Below are positions 1 through 8,246 of a stretch of 23,172 nt of DNA, piece by piece. Source of the stretch: Candidatus Thorarchaeota archaeon (GTDB lineage: Archaea > Asgardarchaeota > Thorarchaeia > Thorarchaeales > Thorarchaeaceae); NCBI GenBank assembly GCA_046758445.1, contig JBHIAE010000044.1, forward strand, positions 1 through 23,172, read 5' to 3'. Each line of letters opens with the position of its first letter. Positions within the stretch are counted from its first letter, which is position 1. The translations under genes and the position numbers were made by a program. The notes under the pieces were generated by a model. The model worked only from the letters and a program-made list of their open reading frames with translations, ran no database searches and was not told the DNA's origin.

Positions 1-606
1 GAAGCTGTTAGGCTGCCAACGCCGGCACATGTAGTCAAGCCGCTTGTGCATTCCAAGGTATTGATTCTTGGAGAGGATGGTGTGGGCAAGAACAGCCTTA
101 TGCGAAAGGCTGAGATGGAGCCCATTGCACCCTCGGAGGAAGTCATTGATTCTGTGCCCTATATCCATAGCAAGGTATTCGAAACTGAGGATCACAGAGT
201 CAGACTCAATGTCTGGTCATTTGACGAAGCAGTCAAGTCCAAGATCAGCCGCAATGAGTTCTATGATGATGCTGAGGCACTCATCATCGTCTACGCCGCC
301 TCGGACAGATGGAGTTTCGACTCAATAGACTTCTGGTTGAAAGAAGCTTCCATCACACTGGAAACTGTTCCGCCTATAGTGATTGTTGCAAACAAGACGG
401 ACCTCGTTATGGATGTCGACGAAGACACAGGAGATAGGCCGGTCACAAAGGAGGAGGGATTCTCTCTTGCGGAGAAGTTGGCTGAGAGATTCGGAAAGGG
501 GAAGAAACTCCACCAGGTGGCCTTCCTAGGTACATCGTGCCTGACTGGTGAAGGCGTTGTAGATGTCTTCCGAACGGCATCTGAACTCGCCGCGCGGAAC
601 AAGTAG
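1..606 (+). CDS. C-terminal part of a protein ending in a degenerate Ras/Rab-like small GTPase domain (5' end outside the window)
   Basis: The frame is open from base 1 (EAVRLPTPAHVVKPLVHSKVLILG...). It shows a P-loop GEDGVGKNS, Rab-like segments RVRLNVW and FYDDAEALIIVY...SFDSIDFWLKE, G4 NKTD and G5-like TSC..GEGV. G2 and G3 are not conserved. Confidence 0.85.
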   Translation, partial: EAVRLPTPAHVVKPLVHSKVLILGEDGVGKNSLMRKAEMEPIAPSEEVIDSVPYIHSKVFETEDHRVRLNVWSFDEAVKSKISRNEFYDDAEALIIVYAASDRWSFDSIDFWLKEASITLETVPPIVIVANKTDLVMDVDEDTGDRPVTKEEGFSLAEKLAERFGKGKKLHQVAFLGTSCLTGEGVVDVFRTASELAARNK

Positions 607-647
607 CCAATGTAGCTGGAAAACATCATATAGAAGACAGTCCTGTC

Positions 648-968
648 GTGAGTGTGGTGTTGGAAACGGAGGAACTGTGTGAGAGCTGCGGAAATGAAGC
701 GGATCCTGCTCAGCCCGTAAAGACTTTGGAGGATCAATTCGCAAACGATGCACGCAAGGACGAGGGAATCTGTATCAACTGCTTCACTAGGAGGTTTGTA
801 ATCGTTTCGAGAGAACGTGAGGATACGGGCGGATTGATTTATGAGCTTCAACAGAAACCCGCATCTAAAGCAGATATAGGTAGCTCCAAGTTCGGATGCA
901 AGAAGTGTGATTGGGTTGCATGGAGCGAAAGGGGGCTTGAGGCCCATCTGGCGAAGCGTCACCCGTGA
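648..968 (+). CDS. Small zinc-finger protein (N-terminal CxxC...CxxC plus C-terminal C2H2 finger)
   Basis: CESC and CINC pairs. The C-terminal CKKC-x12-H-x4-H matches classical C2H2 spacing. The exact start (GTG/TTG 648-660) is uncertain. Confidence 0.8.
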   Translation: MSVVLETEELCESCGNEADPAQPVKTLEDQFANDARKDEGICINCFTRRFVIVSREREDTGGLIYELQQKPASKADIGSSKFGCKKCDWVAWSERGLEAHLAKRHP

Positions 969-982
969 AGACCAATACACGG

Positions 983-1627
983 TTATTTCCCGGTTAACTG
1001 AAAGTATTCGCGTTCCCTTTCTATGAGATGTCCTGACATCCTTAGTCCACCCAAGTTCCTGGCAGCGCTTTCGAGCATTCCCATGCGATACGTTGCCGTT
1101 CGTGGACCTACACCATGCAACCACTGGAGGGTAGTTAGATTAAGCGCTTCATGGACAGAGAAATACAATCGCAAGTCAGATGCTATTGTCCTGGTTCTGT
1201 CAAACATGGAAACTGTCAGTCCTAGACTTGGCGCAACAAAGCTTGCAATTACCCAGATGACAACTAGAGGATCGTTGGCGAATTCGTTGAAGAACAACAT
1301 GAAGCCAGTAAGAATCGGCTGCACCAAGGCCAGTACAACTAGAGCAAGCGACATGTACTGAGGAGCATCATCACTTCCCAGTCCGGCCACTCCGATGATA
1401 TCTTGGTTTGGTGGAAAGAGAAAGACTAGAACACCACCAGAAGCAACACCCACGACCAGCGCAGAAAGGAGTAGCTCGAAGACGAACTCGACTGTTCTCT
1501 CAGTCCAAACCAGGGGGAAGCTGATTAGTGATTGTATAGTGAGTGCTGCAACGATTGTAGCGGCGCCTGCAAAGAACCCTCTCCAACTGAAGAACTCGTA
1601 CCTCATGACCATGATATCTTCAGACAA
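983..1627 (-). CDS. Hypothetical membrane protein (about 4 TM helices, soluble C-terminal tail)
   Basis: 214-aa ORF with four long hydrophobic stretches, convergent with the zinc-finger gene. Start is TTG 1627 or ATG 1612. Confidence 0.75.
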   Translation of the reverse strand: MSEDIMVMRYEFFSWRGFFAGAATIVAALTIQSLISFPLVWTERTVEFVFELLLSALVVGVASGGVLVFLFPPNQDIIGVAGLGSDDAPQYMSLALVVLALVQPILTGFMLFFNEFANDPLVVIWVIASFVAPSLGLTVSMFDRTRTIASDLRLYFSVHEALNLTTLQWLHGVGPRTATYRMGMLESAARNLGGLRMSGHLIEREREYFQLTGK

Positions 1628-1823
1628 GACTTGCTGACATCCACACTATTCTACAACGAGATAATACATAGATATGTGATAAAGGTTCTTGTGATAGCAG
1701 ACAAAGATTCGTAGTACGGTCTTTGAATTGTAGGATTGGATAATAGGTAGAGTCTAGAAAGTGATAGCAATTCCTACCATATACCTCAAATGATTGATGG
1801 AGTATACTTTGGCCTTGTACTCA

Positions 1824-1840
1824 GAGAGAGTCATTTATTA
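1824..1840 (+). promoter_or_regulatory. Candidate archaeal BRE/TATA promoter of the ABC operon
   Basis: Purine run GAGAGAG followed by TTTATTA (1834-1840), about 60 nt upstream of the first gene. Confidence 0.4.
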
Positions 1841-1898
1841 GAATCGTGGAACGGGCTCACCATGGGTTAACAATCTCACCAACAAGGAGTAGATTCAA

Positions 1899-2594
1899 CT
1901 GACTGACGATACAATTGTACGCGTGGACTCCGTATCCAGAGTGTACACAATGGGAGAAATCAAGGTTCACGCTCTAAGGGAGGTATCCTTGGGAATCCAG
2001 AAGGGCGAATCAGTTGGGATAATGGGTCCTAGCGGCTCTGGGAAAACAACTCTGTTGAATCTAATGGGGGCCTTAGATCGGCCTACGAGCGGCAGAGTGG
2101 TCATCGACAAGGTAGATATCACAGACATGAATGAGAAGGAGCTGACTATCGTCAGAAGGAACAAGATCTCCTTTGTCTTTCAGTTCTTCAATCTCCTACC
2201 TGTCCTGTCAGCATACGAGAACGTGGAGCTCCCGCTTCTCATAAGCGGCGTTGAAGAGGAAGTCAGGAAGGAACGAGTTGACCATCTCATCAATCTTGTT
2301 GGACTTGCGGATAGAGCGGAACACCGCCCTGACGAGTTGAGTGGAGGCGAACAACAAAGAGTGGCCATAGCCAGAGCCCTAGCGAAGCCTCCTGGTGCAG
2401 CAAGCTCTGTGGTGGTTCTTGCTGACGAGCCAACCGGAGATCTTGACTCAGCCACAGGCGAAGAGATCATGAGAGTACTAATCGAGTTGACAAAGGGTGA
2501 AGGTGGCACATTGATCTGTGTCACTCATGACCCGGATGTAGGCGAGAAAATGGACCGAGTATTGCAGATGAGAGACGGGAGAATAAGCGATTAA
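1899..2594 (+). CDS. ABC transporter ATP-binding protein, LolD/MacB/FtsE family (ATPase 1)
   Basis: Walker A GPSGSGKTT, Q-loop FVFQ, signature LSGGEQQR, Walker B VVLADE, D-loop PTGDLD, H-loop VTHD. Start placed at CTG 1899 (SD AAGGAG 1884-1889, in-frame TAG at 1890); the ORF track starts at GTG 1923. Confidence 0.95.
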   Translation: MTDDTIVRVDSVSRVYTMGEIKVHALREVSLGIQKGESVGIMGPSGSGKTTLLNLMGALDRPTSGRVVIDKVDITDMNEKELTIVRRNKISFVFQFFNLLPVLSAYENVELPLLISGVEEEVRKERVDHLINLVGLADRAEHRPDELSGGEQQRVAIARALAKPPGAASSVVVLADEPTGDLDSATGEEIMRVLIELTKGEGGTLICVTHDPDVGEKMDRVLQMRDGRISD

Positions 2595-2604
2595 TGAGGG
2601 GGAG

Positions 2605-5430
2605 TTGTTGGCAGCTGTTCCTGTAGGATACGAAGCATTTCACAGTCTTCGCAGGAGGAGTGTGACTCTACTTTGTTTTCTACTCACAGCCACAATGATA
2701 ATGGGAATAGCAGTGTACGTTGATTCGTATTCGGTTCACTACTGGGACGAGGCGGTAGACGTCGGAGAGGTTTCGATGATAGTTGAGGGGCCGGGGGTCG
2801 ATGATGTCCTTGATTCAATCCGTCAGATTGATGGAATAACCAAGGCAGTTGCGCTCAAGACGGAGGATGCCGAAGTCTCCTTCCTATTTCAAGGCGAAGT
2901 ACAGTACCAGTATGTCAGTACTTGCGCGCCAACCACAGAGTACTATGACGCGTTTCCGAGCATCTTCACCATAGCAAATGGGCGGCTTCCGCAGAATGAG
3001 TCTGAAATCGCACTCTCCCAGAGCTTTGTGAGTTGGGAATGGGTGAATCTTACCATTGGCTCAGAACTGCGCTACGTAGTTTCTGACACAATGGTAGAAC
3101 GAAACATGACTGTTGTAGGCACATACGATATACAGGGAGTCGATCGGGATGATTCGTGGAATTACTACTATTTCGATTTCCGTGCAATTGTCGTTCCTTC
3201 CGTCATCGACGAGTATTCAGAGACGCCGGTAGTCCATGCCGACGTTGACAGAACGAGAATCACACCTTTCAACGCAGCGGGTTCACTTGCATACCTCACA
3301 GGAATCGCGCAATCAATAAGAAACCTTGATCCCCAGTATACTCCTCAGACACCATGGTCAAGATTCTATCCGAATAGCCTGCTGGAAAGAGGGATCCATT
3401 CCTACATTGGATGGCAATCGGAAAAGAGGATGTCGCAGCTCTGGCGTGCACTCCCTGCAATCCTACTCATTCTCATGGTTGGTTTCCTTGCAATTAGACA
3501 CAATGTAAATGAGAGACGATATGAAGCAAACATGCTGGTGGCCCGAGGAGCATCCGAAGGCCATGTGAACAGCATCATCAATCGTGAGATAGGTCTTGTT
3601 GCAGTCATTTCATGTGGCTTGGGCCTGCTACTCGGACTTGGTGTAAGTAGGATTGCTCTTGGCGCGACAGGTTTCTTTGAATTCGATTTCTTGCTTATGA
3701 TCGAAGAACCTTGGCTAATCACTATTGAATCAATCATTCTCTCATTGGTGACAGGAATCCTACTACCGGTTCTGACCCTCGTTGGCTATAGGACAGTCTA
3801 TTCAACAAAGAAGACAGTAGAAGCTAGTTCGGGCAGATTGAACAAGATATCTCGTGGTCTGTCGCTTGTCAAATGGGATGCCCTTATTGTAGTCCTTGCC
3901 AGCATTCTGATGATGGCAATGTACACTGGTGGTTCTGAGGTTCAGTCAAACCCGATCTTGGGATTCCTCGCTTCCATAACTCCTCTACCGCTCTTCATCG
4001 GAGTTGCGAGTCTTGCTGTAAAGGGAATTCGCCGTGGGGCCAATCTCATATCAAAATCCCTTGTCCGGATTGTAGGTGAAGTCCCTGCATTTGTTGGGGT
4101 CCGCCGAATAGGCAAGGAAGCATCATCCGCCGGGCCGGCAATCATGGTTCTGGTTCTGGCGATAAGCCTTGCATGGAACAGTGCTGTAGTAGATAGCACT
4201 CTCCCTGCGACCAATCTGAATCAGGCCAGATTTGCAATGGGGGCCGATGTCGCATTCAAGCTAGACACAACACAAAGCAGCCTTTGGGACGAGTTTCTTG
4301 TCAATGCCACAGACCACGCGCTCACGTCTACCGTTTCACGAATTGATGTGACGACTCTCTTCCTCGCAGATGAGTACGACAGCAGAGCTTTCTTTGCGGC
4401 GATAGATCCAACAGAATACTCTGAGATTGGATACGACCACCTTGGGGTCCGTCTAAATGAATCAGAGCTGAGTGAGCAGCTTGAGAATCTCGAAAATGAT
4501 CCATCTGGCGTGGTCATCTCAAGGGACATTGCAGAACGCTATGAATTTGAAGAGGGAGATGTCCTACGCGCTTTTGAGGAATGGGATTCGCCTCAGGTAT
4601 ACGAGTTCACAATAATAGGAATCGTTTCAGCAATTCCCGAAGTCCTAGAGCGAGCTTCAGAAAATGGAGGAGGAGGGCCAGTCTTCTACTACGATGACAT
4701 TCTACCTCCGGGTCCGATGCCACCGCCTTATTACTCGCAGCACAAGTTCGGCGAGAGAAGGGCCTGGGTCCACCAAGACCTGGCAAGGGTTCTCTTCAAT
4801 GAAACTGAGTATGTGGAGCATTATTGTGTATTGGGCACTGCTGCTGGTGCAAACGGTACACTTGTCGCGGAGGAACTCTTGAACTCTGGCGGCGATGATG
4901 TCATAGTGAGTGGAGAGTGGGGCGCTGTCGACTTTGAGGTTCATCATTATGTAAGTCAAATCACGTATGAGATTGATAGAGCAGTTGATACAATGACCAC
5001 GACCGTCACCGTGGGTGTGATACTAGGTGCCTTCACTATCTACGCTGTTGAAGGAGTGCGTGCCAGAAGGAGAGAGATTGCCCTTCTAAGGTCCATGGGG
5101 GCCAGTAACTCACTCGTCGTGAGAGCTCAGGGAGCAGAGCTTCTTGTGCTGGTGTTTCTGAGTATTCTTCTACTCGGACTTTACGCTCCACTCTTCGTAG
5201 CGAACTCTCTTCTGACAGCGGTCGGGGCCTATGGCACTTGGTCGTATCTCTTTCCTGTTGTAGTCTTTCCTGTCATTCCATGGTTTCTGTTACTCGCCGT
5301 GCTGACCTTCTTTCTTGCTTCAGCTGTGGTGTTCATCTTGGCGATTTCAACACTAGCCACCAGAGTAGGTCTCACAACCTCTCTGAATGCAGCCTGGGCA
5401 GAAGCTGGCCCCTATGGAGGTGACCTATAG
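2605..5430 (+). CDS. FtsX/MacB-like ABC permease A (tandem duplicated, two large extracytoplasmic domains)
   Basis: N-terminal TM, large soluble domain with GRLPQNESEIAL, and two FtsX signatures (ERRYEANMLVARGAS; ARRREIALLRSMGAS). TTG start after GAGGGGGAG. Confidence 0.92.
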   Translation: MLAAVPVGYEAFHSLRRRSVTLLCFLLTATMIMGIAVYVDSYSVHYWDEAVDVGEVSMIVEGPGVDDVLDSIRQIDGITKAVALKTEDAEVSFLFQGEVQYQYVSTCAPTTEYYDAFPSIFTIANGRLPQNESEIALSQSFVSWEWVNLTIGSELRYVVSDTMVERNMTVVGTYDIQGVDRDDSWNYYYFDFRAIVVPSVIDEYSETPVVHADVDRTRITPFNAAGSLAYLTGIAQSIRNLDPQYTPQTPWSRFYPNSLLERGIHSYIGWQSEKRMSQLWRALPAILLILMVGFLAIRHNVNERRYEANMLVARGASEGHVNSIINREIGLVAVISCGLGLLLGLGVSRIALGATGFFEFDFLLMIEEPWLITIESIILSLVTGILLPVLTLVGYRTVYSTKKTVEASSGRLNKISRGLSLVKWDALIVVLASILMMAMYTGGSEVQSNPILGFLASITPLPLFIGVASLAVKGIRRGANLISKSLVRIVGEVPAFVGVRRIGKEASSAGPAIMVLVLAISLAWNSAVVDSTLPATNLNQARFAMGADVAFKLDTTQSSLWDEFLVNATDHALTSTVSRIDVTTLFLADEYDSRAFFAAIDPTEYSEIGYDHLGVRLNESELSEQLENLENDPSGVVISRDIAERYEFEEGDVLRAFEEWDSPQVYEFTIIGIVSAIPEVLERASENGGGGPVFYYDDILPPGPMPPPYYSQHKFGERRAWVHQDLARVLFNETEYVEHYCVLGTAAGANGTLVAEELLNSGGDDVIVSGEWGAVDFEVHHYVSQITYEIDRAVDTMTTTVTVGVILGAFTIYAVEGVRARRREIALLRSMGASNSLVVRAQGAELLVLVFLSILLLGLYAPLFVANSLLTAVGAYGTWSYLFPVVVFPVIPWFLLLAVLTFFLASAVVFILAISTLATRVGLTTSLNAAWAEAGPYGGDL

Positions 5431-8243
5431 TGTTCTTGGTGTCTAGGCTCACTTCCAAAGCACCTCAGGTCGCGGCCACCATTCTGATATTCTCGCTGTC
5501 AGCAGGTGTTCTTGGCGGCATCCTCTTCTATATGGATAGCGCAGGTCCCGACGTCCTTGGTGAGCTTACTGAAGATATTCCCGTGGACATGTATGTCAGC
5601 TTTAGGCAGAGTTTCTACAATCAAAATCAGACATCGATAAGCGACATCGAGGATGTTCTAAAGGAGGAATCTGCAGTCATCCACACAGAAACCTTGGCGA
5701 TACTTGAGGACTATAACTGGGAAGAAGAAGATTGGAGGGACGTATTCTGGTATCTCCTAGGAGTCAACGAGTCCTTCTTCGAAACTTTCTCACATGCAAT
5801 TGAAGTTGTGGACGGAGAGTTGAATCTCAACTCCACTACGTGCCTAATCGAGGAAGGAAGAATGACAAGGTACGGTCTTCGAGTAGGTGACAACGTGACC
5901 GTTTCCGTTGAAGTATACAATGAAACTGGAGACCAGTACCTTGTAGAGCAGAACTACACAGTTGTGGGGTCTTTCACAACTACACTCTTCATGTACGCAT
6001 ACGAATGGGGGGTGCCACTTTCGACCTCCCTCTTCCTAGTCACAACAGTTGAAGGGCTGGAGGAGGGATTTGGTGAGATTAGTCGTGACTCTTGGAATTC
6101 CATTAGGGATGAGATTTGGGCGGCTGTAGATCACTCATTGGTACTTGCGCCGGAAGCCATTGGAGCTATGGAAGACCTCGAACACCGGATTGAACAGAAG
6201 ACTCTACCCTTGGCATCAGTAAGCCACTTCGCCTTGATAGATGCAGTCCATGAGTACGTGGCCTGGGGAATCAGTATGAGAGCAATTGCCCTATCATTCT
6301 CCATACCCACCATTGTTATGGCAATCATTCTGGTTCAATACAACTCAGACCTGTTGGCTGATGAGAGACGGCGAGATGTAGGAACGCTCAAGACACGCGG
6401 TTCGTCAGGATGGCAGGCGTTTCGATGGATTCTCAGCAATGCCTTGATTGTAGGATTGATTGGAGGACTGGGTGCAGTACTCGTTGGCGGAGTTTCAGCG
6501 TTGCTCTCTGGAACTGTAAGAGAGCTATTGTCCTTTGACCTGACCAGGCTCGCAGAGTTCACCCTGCTACTTCAAATCGAGGCGGTTGTGGCTGTCTTCA
6601 TGTTCTCATTCGTAGTCGGACTAGGAGTAGCACTGCCTTCGGCCATTAGGGCTCTATTGATGTCGCCGACCGAAGCCCATAGCATAATTGAGAGAGATAT
6701 CCTTCTAGAAACTGAGAAGATGGGGAGCCCGGCCTACGAACTTGTCGCCTTGGGGATTACGGGATATCTTCTCTCGCCGTTGTTGCTTGCCTTCAGGTAC
6801 ATACCAATGAGCACCCTTGGGTCAATGATGTTCGCTGCAATTGTCATTCCGATGCTTGGAATATTCGTGGTGGCCTTCACACGTCTGCTGTCGCGGCCAG
6901 CCGCAAGTGTAAAATCAAGTGTTCTTGCGAGAATCAAAGGAAAATCACTACACTCAGGTACAAAGGTCATCTCGAACTATCTCAGACTGTTCAAGAAGAG
7001 TGAATCGCTGGGAGTCATGTTCATAGCAATGGTATTCGCGGCTGGTATCTTCTCTTCACTGTCTGCAAACACAGCCAGCGTTCACATGAGAGAGGTACTA
7101 TACTTCGAAACTGGTGCGGACATCAAGATCGATATCAAGCCATCGCTTGACAATGTGACCAACGCGCTCCTTGAGGACATATCACTTGTAGAGGGAGTAG
7201 AGTCCGTGAGTGGAGTGCTTGAGACTGATGGGCATGTAGGCTACTGGACTTCTGACTATGGAACGCGTAGATATGTCAGGACACCAATAACAGTGTTCGG
7301 AGTGCAGCCGGTTCAATGGCTTGAGTCTGCATTCTGGTTACCCTACTTCACAAAGGATGGCACCCCTTGGACATCCCTCCCACTACTAGAGGCGGACAAT
7401 ACCAGTGTTCTAACGTCGTTCAAGCCTGTTGATCACTACACTGGAGGATGGCAATACACCCCAGTATACGGCAACGCTTTGACTTTGGAGCTTGAAGCAC
7501 CGGCATGGACAAACTCTAGTGACTGCACAATCGTAGACGTCTTGGCTGATAGCTACGAGGGCGGATACGGTGGAAGAACATACCTCCCCGGAGAGTCTGG
7601 CGCCACGTTCTTTGTTGCAGCTAACCTTGCCTATGTTCAGGCATGCTTGAATACAACCAGGATAAACAAGGTCTATGTGAACCTTGAGCCAGGAGCTAAC
7701 TACACAAAAGCACTGGTTGATCTCAATGAGGTTGCGCCAAACAGCTTTGACAAAATCGCATCATCTGAAGCGCTTGTGGACGCAGCATTAGAGTCGAGGG
7801 CAGGACAGTCAATCTATGGAGCATATACGCTGAACGTGATCTTTTCCTTCCTCTATCTGACTGCTGGCATTCTAATTGTATCCATGGTTAGATTTCGGAA
7901 GCTGAGGCGACAATTCTCAATCATGAGAGCACTTGGGTCAGAACCAAGGCCAATAATCACTTCGGTGCTGTTGGAGTCAGTGACAGGAATTGCAATGGCC
8001 GCTACCATAGGAACGCTAGTTGGTCTTCTACTGACCAGCCTAGTCATCCAACTTCCACTAATCTATATGGGCAGTATGACTGCGCTTTTGTGGAACAGAC
8101 TTCCGGTGATGCTGGCGGTTTCTGTGCCTATGTTGACAGGAATCCTGGGCGCAGCGGTTCTATTCACATTAGCAGCCACATATTTCGTGGTTGTCAGGAA
8201 TCTGAGAGCCAATATCGCTCAAGAAATACAGTACATGGAATGA
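5430..8243 (+). CDS. FtsX/MacB-like ABC permease B (tandem duplicated)
   Basis: FtsX signatures ERRRDVGTLKTRGSS and LRRQFSIMRALGSE, plus the GAD motif (FETGADI). Its GTG start overlaps the stop of permease A (TAGTG). Confidence 0.92.
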   Translation: MFLVSRLTSKAPQVAATILIFSLSAGVLGGILFYMDSAGPDVLGELTEDIPVDMYVSFRQSFYNQNQTSISDIEDVLKEESAVIHTETLAILEDYNWEEEDWRDVFWYLLGVNESFFETFSHAIEVVDGELNLNSTTCLIEEGRMTRYGLRVGDNVTVSVEVYNETGDQYLVEQNYTVVGSFTTTLFMYAYEWGVPLSTSLFLVTTVEGLEEGFGEISRDSWNSIRDEIWAAVDHSLVLAPEAIGAMEDLEHRIEQKTLPLASVSHFALIDAVHEYVAWGISMRAIALSFSIPTIVMAIILVQYNSDLLADERRRDVGTLKTRGSSGWQAFRWILSNALIVGLIGGLGAVLVGGVSALLSGTVRELLSFDLTRLAEFTLLLQIEAVVAVFMFSFVVGLGVALPSAIRALLMSPTEAHSIIERDILLETEKMGSPAYELVALGITGYLLSPLLLAFRYIPMSTLGSMMFAAIVIPMLGIFVVAFTRLLSRPAASVKSSVLARIKGKSLHSGTKVISNYLRLFKKSESLGVMFIAMVFAAGIFSSLSANTASVHMREVLYFETGADIKIDIKPSLDNVTNALLEDISLVEGVESVSGVLETDGHVGYWTSDYGTRRYVRTPITVFGVQPVQWLESAFWLPYFTKDGTPWTSLPLLEADNTSVLTSFKPVDHYTGGWQYTPVYGNALTLELEAPAWTNSSDCTIVDVLADSYEGGYGGRTYLPGESGATFFVAANLAYVQACLNTTRINKVYVNLEPGANYTKALVDLNEVAPNSFDKIASSEALVDAALESRAGQSIYGAYTLNVIFSFLYLTAGILIVSMVRFRKLRRQFSIMRALGSEPRPIITSVLLESVTGIAMAATIGTLVGLLLTSLVIQLPLIYMGSMTALLWNRLPVMLAVSVPMLTGILGAAVLFTLAATYFVVVRNLRANIAQEIQYME

Positions 8244-8246
8244 TGA

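Noticed and set aside
291-1124. 277-aa minus-strand ORF
   Set aside because: It overlaps three better-supported genes and has no recognisable motifs; a shadow ORF.
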